Source: an uncultured Chloroflexia bacterium (GTDB lineage Bacteria; Chloroflexota; Limnocylindria; Limnocylindrales; CSP1-4). From it: DNA of 64,000 nt. Shown here piece by piece: positions 34,779 through 46,463 of this stretch. Both the position numbers and the translations under genes were made by a program. Location: positions 896,001 through 960,000 of the forward strand of contig CAVVJT010000010.1 in the NCBI GenBank assembly GCA_963748625.1, read 5' to 3'. A model generated the notes under the pieces. That model was not told the DNA's origin, made no database searches, and worked only from the letters and a program-made list of their open reading frames with translations. Every line of letters starts with the position of its first letter. Within the stretch, counting starts at the first letter, position 1.

Positions 34779-35564
34779 CCGTCGGCCGGTCGGCCTGCGG
34801 CAGCGCCTCGCCCATCTCGCGCGTCGAGACGCCGGTCAGCATCAGGATCGTCCGGGCTCCCACCGCGTGTCCCGCCGCGATGTCCGTGAGCGCGTCGCCG
34901 ATCATCACGGCCGTCGTGAGGTCGCCACCCACGGCATGCGCCGCCACCTGGAGCAGGTATGGCGCGGGCTTGCCCATGCTCACCAGCGGCGCCTGGCGCG
35001 CGGCCGCCTCGATCGCCGCCACGACGGCACCGGCCCCCGGGCGCAGGCCCCGCTCGGAGCGGATAGACGGGATCTCGATTGGTGGCCAGGAACGACGGCG
35101 CCGGCCCGCACGCAATCCGCGGCTGCGGCAATCCTCAGGTAGGTCAGCTGCGGGTCCAGCCCCACGACCACCGCGTCGGGCGCGCCTGCCGCCACCCAGC
35201 CGTCGATCCCCTCCTGGCCCATCCGCGTGGCAGCGTGGGCGGCGTTGACGACGTCCAGGCCCACCTCGCGCAGCTCGCGCTCGAGGCCGCCGGCTCCCAC
35301 CACCAGCACGCGCCGGACCGCCGGCAGCTCCTCGCGCAGGTAGAGGGCGGACGCGCGGGCGCTCGTCACGACGCGGTCCGGACCCACGGGCGCACCGTGG
35401 CCCGCCAGGCGGGCGGTGTAGTCGCCCCGGTAGAACATCGCGTTGTTGGTGACGTAGACAACATCGTCACCGAGCGCCGCGCGGGCGGCCAGGGCAGCCC
35501 CCACGCCGGGCACTCCCTCGGACGCGCGGTAGACGACACCATCGAGATCCACGAGCAGCAGCAC
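34720..35564 (-). CDS. HAD-IIA family hydrolase, NagD-like (frameshifts near 35060-35100)
   Basis: LVDLDGVVY, YVTNN, ATNRDP, MGKPAP, VMIGDALTDI. Confidence 0.88.
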
Positions 35565-35586
35565 ACGGCGATGCTACCGTCTGCAC

Positions 35587-36207
35587 ATGCCTCCGGCCCC
35601 CCGAGCGCTCCTCGACGGCACGCAACGCCTGATCATCGACGGCACCAACCTGCTCCACCGCATGGGTTCGGGTTCAGGCAATGCCGCACCGCCCGCCGCG
35701 ATCGTCGGCCGGATCCGTGCGGTCATCCCCATCGGGGTCGCCATCGACATCGTCTTCGACGGCGCGGGGCACGGTGTGAGCGGGCGCGTCGCCCAGAACA
35801 TGTACGTGCGCTACGCGGGCCGCCGCGTTGCCGACGACACCATCCTGGACCTCACCTCCGAGGCGGTGATGGAGGCGGGCAGCTCGCCCACGGCGGGCCT
35901 GAAGGTCCTCATCGTCACGGACGACCGCGAGCTGCGGGCCCGGATCGCCGCGAAGGGCGCACGCTCGGCGTCCCTCGCCTGGCTGCTGGGCCGCCTGGAC
36001 ATCCCGGTCCTCGCCTCCTCCTCCGTCGCAAACCGAAGGCCTCCGCCCGACAGGGGACGCCCACCCGCCGGGTCCGGATCCGGCGCTCCGGGCCGGGACG
36101 ATGAGGCGCCACGCCAGGGCTGGAAGCCGGGCCGGGGCGCCACCTCCAAGACCGGTCCCGCCCGCAAGGTCGCGCGCCACAAGCGCCACCCTCGCGCCGG
36201 CGCCTGA
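35587..36207 (+). CDS. NYN/PIN-fold (YacP-like) domain protein with basic tail
   Basis: LIIDGTNL, IVFDG, ADDTI, IVTDDREL acidic motifs. Confidence 0.8.
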   Translation: MPPAPRALLDGTQRLIIDGTNLLHRMGSGSGNAAPPAAIVGRIRAVIPIGVAIDIVFDGAGHGVSGRVAQNMYVRYAGRRVADDTILDLTSEAVMEAGSSPTAGLKVLIVTDDRELRARIAAKGARSASLAWLLGRLDIPVLASSSVANRRPPPDRGRPPAGSGSGAPGRDDEAPRQGWKPGRGATSKTGPARKVARHKRHPRAGA

Positions 36208-36293
36208 CCCCCTCACCAACCCCCGCGCCACGCGCCTGCGCCACGCGCCTGGGCCGCGCGCCAGACCCGGCGCCCGCCTGTTAGCATGCGCGC

Positions 36294-36767
36294 GTGATCA
36301 TCGACACCATCAACCAGTGGATCAACACGCTCCTCGAGGCATCGGCGGCCATCGTGACGCCGGACTGGGCGGCGCTCATCGCGCTGCTGCCCATCCTGCT
36401 GCTGCTGTTCGTCGTCGGGCCGCTGGTCACGCTCATGGTCCTGATGTGGCTCAGGTACCGGGCGCGCAAGCCGCGCACGCGGGTTGCGTTCCGGGAGCTC
36501 CGCCGCCCGGCGGCCCTCGACGAGGCCGGCAGCCCGGTCTTCCCCGTCGGCGAGCCGTACAGCCTGGCCGAAGGGATGATCTACGAGCCTGGAGCCACCC
36601 GCTCCGCATCGGGTGACCCGCTGCTCGTCGCCTGCCCCAAGTGCTCGCTCGCCCGCCCGGCCGAGATCGACATCTGCGGCAACTGCGGTCTCTCGTTCAC
36701 CCTCAAGCCCACCACCCGCTCCGCGCGCCGCGCCACGCCGCCCGCCGGCGGGGCCGCCGCGGCCTGA
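36294..36767 (+). CDS. Membrane protein with C-terminal zinc ribbon
   Basis: TM segment after PDW; CPKC...CGNC. Confidence 0.7.
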   Translation: MIIDTINQWINTLLEASAAIVTPDWAALIALLPILLLLFVVGPLVTLMVLMWLRYRARKPRTRVAFRELRRPAALDEAGSPVFPVGEPYSLAEGMIYEPGATRSASGDPLLVACPKCSLARPAEIDICGNCGLSFTLKPTTRSARRATPPAGGAAAA

Positions 36768-36865
36768 ACCACTTCCGAGCCTGATCGAGACCGGCGGCTC
36801 CCGCCGGTGATCCCCAGGCCGGCACGGGAACCTCCGGACCGGCCCCAAGCGTCCCGGGAATCCTG

Positions 36866-37804
36866 ATGGCCGAGGCCTCCTCGCTCCTGTTCGTCATCGG
36901 CGTGATCGCCACCGCGCTCGCCTTCGCGGCCCACGTCGGCCACGCGGTGCTGCTCGCCAACGGCCGTCGCGCCGTCGCACTCGCGCCCGTCCGGCAGCCC
37001 GCGCTCGCAGCGCAGGGCGTGACCGGCTCGTTCGTGACGTCGCAGCTCGCCGACGGCAGCCGCGAACCCGCGCTCGCCGCCTCCCCCACCCCGCTGTCCA
37101 GGATCGCGATCGCCCTCGCGCTCACCGCCTTCGGCCTGCTCGTCGGGTCGCTCGTGCTGCGCGGCATCGTCGTGGGGCGCGGTCCGTACGGGAACCTTTA
37201 CGAGTTCAGCGTCGCCTTCGGGGCGTCCATCCTAGGCGGCTACCTGTGGCTCCAGCGCCGGTATGCGATCCGCCAGATCGGCTTCATCCCTGTCGGCGTC
37301 GCGCTGGCGATGCTCCTGTACGCGAGCTCGCTGCCGTCGGACATCGAGGCGCTCGTCCCGGCCCTCCAGTTCCCGGCGATGCTCACGATCCATGTCGGCA
37401 TGGCGGTGATCTCGTACGGCATCTTCGCGACGGCGTTCGCCGCGGGCATCGGGTACCTCGTCCAGGGCACCCAGGACCGGTACGCCTGGCTGCCGTCCCA
37501 CAAGACGCTCGACGAGGTCGCCTACCGCGCGGTGATCATCGCCTTCCCCATCTTCGCGACCATGATCGTGCTGGGCTCCTGGTGGGCGTCGATCGCCTGG
37601 TCGCGCTACTGGGGCTGGGATCCGAAGGAGACGGCCGCGCTCGTGACCTGGCTGACGTACGCGGTCTACCTGCACGCCCGGAACCAGCGGCGGTGGGCTG
37701 GGCGTCCGGCGGCGCTGCTGCTGGTCATCGGGTTCGGCATGGTCCTCGTGACGTACTCGGGGAGCCTCTGGTTCTCCGGGCTGCACGCCTACTCGGGGTT
37801 GTAG
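36866..37804 (+). CDS. ccsA: Cytochrome c biogenesis protein, system II heme synthase (CcsA/ResC)
   Basis: PYGNLYE, LTIHV, GSWWASIAWSRYWGWDPKE WWD domain, YLH, GLHAYS. Confidence 0.93.
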   Translation: MAEASSLLFVIGVIATALAFAAHVGHAVLLANGRRAVALAPVRQPALAAQGVTGSFVTSQLADGSREPALAASPTPLSRIAIALALTAFGLLVGSLVLRGIVVGRGPYGNLYEFSVAFGASILGGYLWLQRRYAIRQIGFIPVGVALAMLLYASSLPSDIEALVPALQFPAMLTIHVGMAVISYGIFATAFAAGIGYLVQGTQDRYAWLPSHKTLDEVAYRAVIIAFPIFATMIVLGSWWASIAWSRYWGWDPKETAALVTWLTYAVYLHARNQRRWAGRPAALLLVIGFGMVLVTYSGSLWFSGLHAYSGL

Positions 37805-37963
37805 CGACAGGTTCCCGACCATCGGCACTAGCCTCCGACGCCGCCACGGCCGATCGTGCACCCTAGGCACGCGGGAGGCCGAGACGGATCGTCCAAACCC
37901 CAGGCCGCCGGGACGATCCCGAGCCACTGGCGAGACGGGCCCGCGTGCGGCGGAGGTGCCGCC

Positions 37964-38254
37964 ATGACGCTGCACGCCCCTTCCCACCACCTGCCGACAC
38001 CCCACATCAGCGCGCACGGCCACCGGCTCCTGCGCGACGTGGCCCTGGCCATCGCGCTCGCGGTCGCCGTCGTCCTCGTCTTCGGCGCGGCGCTCACCCT
38101 GCGGCCGGCGATCCCCCAGTTCAGCGTGATCCCGTCCGAGGCATCGTCCATCGTCCAGTTCCGGGCCTCCGAGCGCGACAGCTGGGCTGCCGGGCAGTCC
38201 AGCGAGGGCGCATCGATCGTGGAGTTCCGGGCCGGGGAGCGCTCCGGGCAGTAG
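37964..38254 (+). CDS. Small membrane-anchored protein with duplicated SIVxFRAxER motif
   Basis: GGAGG RBS; one TM; SEASSIVQFRASER and SEGASIVEFRAGER. Confidence 0.65.
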   Translation: MTLHAPSHHLPTPHISAHGHRLLRDVALAIALAVAVVLVFGAALTLRPAIPQFSVIPSEASSIVQFRASERDSWAAGQSSEGASIVEFRAGERSGQ

Positions 38255-38331
38255 GTCCGGGGGCTGATCCCTGAACGCGCGTCGGCGTCCGTGTCATTGC
38301 ATGGCGTGAGGATCTGGCCGATCCTTGCGCC

Positions 38332-39048
38332 ATGCTCGACGGCTTGACGCTGAATCCGCTGGACCTGCTCATCGCGATCGGCGTCGTGGTGGGCGGTGCG
38401 GTGCTGCTCTACTTCCTGTGGGGCGAGCTGCGGCACCGCTCCCGACGCTTCGGTGGGGACGACCGCGCGGCCGCCGTGATGATGGGCGGCGTGGTGGTTC
38501 TCCTGGTGGCGCTCTGGCCGAACCTGCTGCCAATGGAGATCGGCCTGCTCGTGCTGTTCGCCGCCCTCGGCGCGATCTACCGGCCCGCGTTGGTGGTCAA
38601 GGCGCTCGGCGGTCCGAGCATCCGCTGGCGTGCTCTGCAGGCAGGCCGGGAGCTCCAGGTCATCGTGGCCGAGCGCGGCGGGCCTGTCGCCGCTGCCGAC
38701 GACACGGAGGTCGCCGGACGGATCGCCGCCCTCACCGATCTCGAGAGTCCGGAGACGCGCGAGTACCTTGCGGCGCTGCGCTCGGTCGTCCTGGCGGACC
38801 CGGGAGCCGATGGGCTGGCGGAGAGGCGGTCCCGCCTGGCCGACGCGGACGGAGCGCTGCGCGAGTCGCTGGGTGCGCGGCCGACGTGGGAGCGCGAGCT
38901 CGAGCGGCGCCTTGCGGCAGCGACGGACCACACCGACGCGGGCGACGCGGGCGACGCGGGCGACGCTGGCGACGTCAACGCGGAGGACGCGGACGGCATC
39001 AACGGCGGCGCGGACGCCGAGTCCCGCGGGGGCCCGGCAGCCTCCTGA
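38332..39048 (+). CDS. Hypothetical membrane protein with acidic DAG-repeat tail
   Basis: Three N-terminal TMs; 9-bp repeats encoding (DAG)3. Confidence 0.65.
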   Translation: MLDGLTLNPLDLLIAIGVVVGGAVLLYFLWGELRHRSRRFGGDDRAAAVMMGGVVVLLVALWPNLLPMEIGLLVLFAALGAIYRPALVVKALGGPSIRWRALQAGRELQVIVAERGGPVAAADDTEVAGRIAALTDLESPETREYLAALRSVVLADPGADGLAERRSRLADADGALRESLGARPTWERELERRLAAATDHTDAGDAGDAGDAGDVNAEDADGINGGADAESRGGPAAS

Positions 39049-39336
39049 ACATCGGGCGCTCGCGCTCGCGCTCACCACGCCGGCTCTTCATTCTCGGGGT
39101 GCGTGCGCCGGAAGCAATACATCCCCGACCATCCGTCGCCAAGCTGCTCGCGGGGCACCACGACGACGGAGCTGGGGCCTGTCCGGCGGTCATAGGTGCG
39201 GTCGCGATGCGCGGCGGACAACGCTGCGCCTGCACGACCCTGATCTATTGCCGTGGCCGCACGCGATGGCGGGGACCATGCACCGGCACAGCGCCGGCTT
39301 TGCCCGTCGTGAGAACGGGGCCGCATCGAGGCTCGT

Positions 39337-40365
39337 TCAGCGGCGGGCCCGGAAGTCCCAGCGGATCGGACGACCCGCCCACGCATCCTGCGCGAGCAGG
39401 GCGGCGCCCTCCACCGGGTCACGGTCCAGCGAGCGGACGTCTGCGGCCGGAAGCCCCCGCGTGATGGCGTCGCCGAGCGCTCCTGCCAGCCACGGCGACG
39501 TGTCGAGCAGGCCGCCATAGAGGATCACCACCGGCGCCTCGCCCAGGTCCAGGCGTGCTGCCTCCTCGCGGACGGCGGCCTCGACCCGGCCGCACCAGCG
39601 GCGGACCATCCTCGCCGGGTATGGGTCGCCGGCCTGTGCGGCGTCAACCACGGCGGCGCCGAGCCACGCGGCCTCGGGAGCGGGGCGTCGGCCGCGCCAC
39701 GCAAGATCCATCGCCGCGACCTGCGCGGCGAGCTCCGGCCCCACCGTGCCAACCGATGCCGGCAGCGCTCCGGCAGGGTCTGGTTCCCGTCGCGCCGCCC
39801 GGCCGGGTCCCCGCCTCGCGGCCCGGGCCGCCAGGGCGCCCAGGACGTAGCCACCCCCGAAGATCCCGTGCCCGCGGTCCGTCACCCGGCCATCAGCCGC
39901 TCGCCCGATCACGTTGCCGCCCGTGCTGACCGGCACGACGAGACCCACGGCCTCCGGCGTGCCGGCGCGCAGGACCGCGAGCGTGTCGTTGACCACGATG
40001 ATCCGCGACCCGGGCAGGAGCTCATGCAGGGCGGCCTCGAGGGCGTGCGCATGCTCGGGCCGGTCGATGCCGGCACCCGCGACGAACACGAGCGCGGGGT
40101 CCGGGCCAGCGATGATCGCCTCGCGCTCGGCGGCCGCGGGTCCAGCGGCCACGGGTCCAACGGCCGCACCCGCGCCGGCCGCGACCGCCACGGCAGCGAT
40201 CCGCTGCGCCGCAACGGCGAGGCCGTGGCGCTTCGGGTTCGCGCCGTCCGTCTCGGCTCGTCCCAACTGCAGGCCGTCCGGCGTGACCGCGAGGGCGACG
40301 GTCTTGGTCGCGCCCGCGTCCACGCCGACCAATACGGCGGCGGACGAGCGATCGAACAGGAGCAT
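39337..40365 (-). CDS. BadF/BadG/BcrA/BcrD family ATPase, N-acetylglucosamine kinase-like
   Basis: VGVDAGATKT, GAGID, VVNDT, STGG, LYGG, PVEGAALLA. Confidence 0.82.
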   Translation of the reverse strand: MLLFDRSSAAVLVGVDAGATKTVALAVTPDGLQLGRAETDGANPKRHGLAVAAQRIAAVAVAAGAGAAVGPVAAGPAAAEREAIIAGPDPALVFVAGAGIDRPEHAHALEAALHELLPGSRIIVVNDTLAVLRAGTPEAVGLVVPVSTGGNVIGRAADGRVTDRGHGIFGGGYVLGALAARAARRGPGRAARREPDPAGALPASVGTVGPELAAQVAAMDLAWRGRRPAPEAAWLGAAVVDAAQAGDPYPARMVRRWCGRVEAAVREEAARLDLGEAPVVILYGGLLDTSPWLAGALGDAITRGLPAADVRSLDRDPVEGAALLAQDAWAGRPIRWDFRARR

Positions 40366-40439
40366 GGCGCCATGATCCGGCATCGCCCGTTCTCATACTC
40401 GCGCCAGGTGGGACCTGACCGCCGCCGCCGCGACCCGAC

Positions 40440-40793
40440 TCGCCATACGCCCACCAGGCGCGAGCCAGCCGCCGAATCCGTCCGCCCAGCAGCCGGTCCA
40501 GCTCCGCCCCCTCCCACGACGCCGTGATCGACACCGCCACCCCATGCGAATCTGACAAGAACGACATCGCCCGCACCGGGCCCGACGGCGCACGCAGCCA
40601 CGCCGCCATCGAGCGCCCGTCCACCATCGGCCACCGCGAGGAGCGTCCCGACGGGCACTCCATCGAGCGTCCCGCGCTCGATCCGCGAGACCGTGGACCC
40701 CGACACGCCCGCCACAGAACCAACATCGTCCTGGCGCAGCCGCTTGCGCACCCGCACCGCCCGGAACGCCCGGCCCAACCGTTTCGCATCCAT
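40440..40793 (-). pseudogene. Degenerate XRE-family helix-turn-helix gene
   Basis: MDAKRLGRAFRAVRVRKRLRQDDVGSVAGVSGSTVSRIERG; plausible continuation SWEGAELDRLL lies in another frame after intervening sequence, then decays. Confidence 0.55.
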
Positions 40794-40859
40794 GCGCCGC
40801 GGCATCGCGCACGCCGCTTACGCGCCACTCAACGCGACGCTACAATAGAACGCCCGTTC

Positions 40860-40955
40860 TGTGGACAAGCCACGTCGGGACCGTGGAGAACCACCGGCAA
40901 CGCGTGCACAACCCGCCGCCCGCGCGTGGACAACCGATGCCCGAGCGTGGACGAC
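40860..40955. promoter_or_regulatory. Phased array of five DnaA-box-like motifs
   Basis: GTGGACAA (40861, within TGTGGACAA = TTGTCCACA), GTGGAGAA 40883, GTGCACAA 40904, GTGGACAA 40926, GTGGACGA 40947; spacing 22/21/22/21. Confidence 0.55.
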
Positions 40956-41002
40956 AAGCCCCTGGGCGGGGGCCGGCGGATCGAGGCCGCCCGACGCCCC
41001 GA

Positions 41003-41051
41003 TTACCACATGTTGCGATGCGAACTACCCATGCACCACTACATCTTGTGG
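41003..41051 (+). promoter_or_regulatory. Tandem NrdR boxes
   Basis: TTACCACATGTTGCGA (41003-41018) and CCACTACATCTTGTGG (41036-41051) resemble the acaCwAtATaTwGtgt consensus, 33 bp apart, upstream of nrdJ. Confidence 0.82.
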
Positions 41052-41059
41052 TTTAGGGC

Positions 41060-41088
41060 TTGACCCGCGCCAGTCCGAGTCGTACAGT
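41060..41088 (+). promoter_or_regulatory. Sigma70-type promoter for nrdJ
   Basis: TTGACC-17bp-TACAGT directly after the second NrdR box. Confidence 0.7.
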
Positions 41089-41381
41089 TTGAAGGTCGCC
41101 CCTCCACCGGACGACGCCCGATCCCCATGGGAGCGGCGGTCAACCAGGCCGACCGCGGGGGACCGAGAACAGCCGGCGGAGGAACGGCCCGACGGTCGGG
41201 CCCGCAGCTACACGTCACCCCCATCGTGACGGCGGGACCGCCAACCGGACGGACGCTGCTGCCCGCCCGCGCATCCCCGCCTGGCACCCGGGGACGCGCC
41301 ACGCCCGCAGCCGGTCCCATCCGCGCCGCCGGCTACGCGGAGGTCCCGCCAGATCGGCGGGAACGGAGGAGATCAGGACCA

Positions 41382-44516
<3,135 letters not shown>

Positions 44517-44539
44517 TCAACGACTGAACCCTACGGGCT

Positions 44540-44573
44540 GTGAGGCCCCGGACCGAAAGGTTCGGGGCTTCAC
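44540..44573 (+). terminator. Terminator-like hairpin after nrdJ
   Basis: GTGAGGCCCCGGACC-GAAA-GGTTCGGGGCTTCAC, 15-bp stem with GU pairs. Confidence 0.75.
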
Positions 44574-45100
44574 GATTCGGGAGGGCACCGACGTGAAGCC
44601 GCTGGAAGGGGGCGCGCGATGAGTCCCCGCGATTCCGGCAATGGCAGCCCCGTCTAGTGTCTCGCCGGCTGTGATGCTCAGGGGCCGTGCGGTGGGCCTC
44701 TCACGGTCGCAGTTCAGGAACACCAGCGGTGGGTGCTATTGCGGATCGGGTAGGTCCATTTGACCGGGCGACTCCGTTCCCTTCCAGGCAAACGCGGCCA
44801 GAGCCTCGAGCACCTCAACCCGGTGAATCTCGTCTCTCATCTCAAGTTCAATCCCGACTCCATTGTCCTTGACTATTGGAGAGCCGGGAAGCCCGCTCAA
44901 GGAGCGCGCGACGTATCGGCGGACGCGTTTCCTGGCCGTGTTGACATCCGGCCGGCTCCGCCACTTGTCGAAGATTCCGAGTGTGGCGGAGGAGAGGAGT
45001 TCGTCAAACGTAATCGCAACGTGAACGTCCTCTGCAGCTGCGATCGAGCCGATCAAGGCAGAGATGAGCCGGTCGCGGAAGACCGCCTCGCAAAACGCGG

Positions 45101-45604
45101 CTTCGCTGGTGGAAGCAGGGCGCGGAGGCCGAGCGGGCGGTGGGCGCGAGACTCGACAGCCTTGAGCGGCTGGGCTTCGTCACGCTCTACGACCGCCGTC
45201 TCGTAGGTCGGGGCGGGAATATCGATGCCATCACCATCGGGCCATCGGGCGTGTACGTGGTCGAGACGAAGCACCGAAGACGGGGCGTAGAGGTCATCCA
45301 GGGTCGGCTCGAGGTCGGAGGCATCGAGCAGGCCGACGTCGTCCGCCAGGTCACCGAACAGGCGATGCTCGTGCAGGTCTCGGCCGCGGATGCAATGAAC
45401 CGCCACCGGTTGACCGTCGTCCCGATCATCTGCATCGGCAACAGGAAGGTCGACGGCGACGCGCGAGCCGGCGGCGTGCGCGTGCTCGACGCGACATCGA
45501 TCGCGAAGGTTCTGTCCGAGGCGCCGGTCGTCCTCAGTCCCGCCGACGTGCAGGAACTGGCCCGCCTCCTGGACGCCGCGCTCCCTCCCTACCAGCGGCG
45601 CTGA
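45101..45604 (+). CDS. NERD nuclease-related domain protein, apparently 5'-truncated
   Basis: WKQGAEAERAVG, NIDAITIGPSGVYVVETK; in-frame TGA at 45065 with no start codon between it and the GAEAE motif. Confidence 0.72.
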   Translation, partial: LRWWKQGAEAERAVGARLDSLERLGFVTLYDRRLVGRGGNIDAITIGPSGVYVVETKHRRRGVEVIQGRLEVGGIEQADVVRQVTEQAMLVQVSAADAMNRHRLTVVPIICIGNRKVDGDARAGGVRVLDATSIAKVLSEAPVVLSPADVQELARLLDAALPPYQRR

Positions 45605-45622
45605 GCGACTGAGGTTCCAGTC

Positions 45623-46294
45623 CTAGAGTCGCCAGTCGATCGGATCCCCTCCGACCCGCTTCAGGCCATCGTTGGCGCCCGTGAACGGCCTCGCCGTGCT
45701 GAACCCTCTCCGTGCCGCGAGCGGAGAGGGGTGGGAGGTATGAAGCACGACATTCGGCTTGCCTACCGAACCCGCCACGCTCTGGGCGTGCTTGCCCCAG
45801 AGCAGGAAGGCGATCGGACGACCCATGCTCGCGACCGTGGCGACGATCTGACCGGTGATCGAGTGCCAGCCGGTTCCCGCGTGGCTGCCCGCTACCCCGC
45901 CGCGAACAGTGAGCGAGGAGTTGAGGAGGAGGACCCCGTGGCGTGCCCACGCTTCGAGGCATCCGCTCGTGGGGATCGGATTGCCCGTGTCCTGGGACCA
46001 CACCTTGAGGATGTTCCGGAGTGTCGGTGGCTTGGCGACGCCGTCGGGCACCGAGAAGGCAAGGCCGTGCGCCTGGCCCGGATGGTGATACGGGTCCTGA
46101 CCGAGGATCACGGCACGCACGACGTCGGGCGGCGTCATCTCCAGGGCGGCGAAGACCAGTCCCCGAGGCGGATGGACATCGACGCCGGCCCCACGTTGCT
46201 CCTCCACCGCCTCGAGCACGCACGCGACCTGACGCTCCAGATCCGGTGTGCCAATGGCGTCCAACCACGCCTTGGGAAATCGGTCCGCATCCAT
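45623..46294 (-). CDS. ung: Uracil-DNA glycosylase, family 1
   Basis: VILGQDPYH, AHGLAFSV, PPTLRNI, GVLLLN, FLLWG, SHPSPL. Confidence 0.95.
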   Translation of the reverse strand: MDADRFPKAWLDAIGTPDLERQVACVLEAVEEQRGAGVDVHPPRGLVFAALEMTPPDVVRAVILGQDPYHHPGQAHGLAFSVPDGVAKPPTLRNILKVWSQDTGNPIPTSGCLEAWARHGVLLLNSSLTVRGGVAGSHAGTGWHSITGQIVATVASMGRPIAFLLWGKHAQSVAGSVGKPNVVLHTSHPSPLAARRGFSTARPFTGANDGLKRVGGDPIDWRL

Positions 46295-46463
46295 CGCCGA
46301 ACCCTAGAACTGGTCTCGAGCAGACGTCAATTGGGACTCTGGCCTCAACGGCGCTGCTACGCACCGGTACGGGCCGAAAGGCCCTCATCCGCAAGGAGGG
46401 CCGTCGACTAGGATCGCGCGATGAGCCGGCACGCGTGGATGCCGGCGTCTCCTCGGGGGGGCT

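Noticed and set aside
40860-41060. DnaA-box cluster as oriC
   Set aside because: No dnaA/dnaN context and no clear AT-rich unwinding element; the AT-richer part is explained by the NrdR boxes and promoter.
41095-41381. Canonical cobalamin riboswitch in the nrdJ leader
   Set aside because: The expected GGGAA...GCCACTG B12-box elements were not found; kept only as an unclassified structured leader.
41127-41381. 85-aa N-terminal extension of NrdJ in the ORF track
   Set aside because: Low-complexity translation; a strong GGAGGAG RBS precedes ATG 41382.
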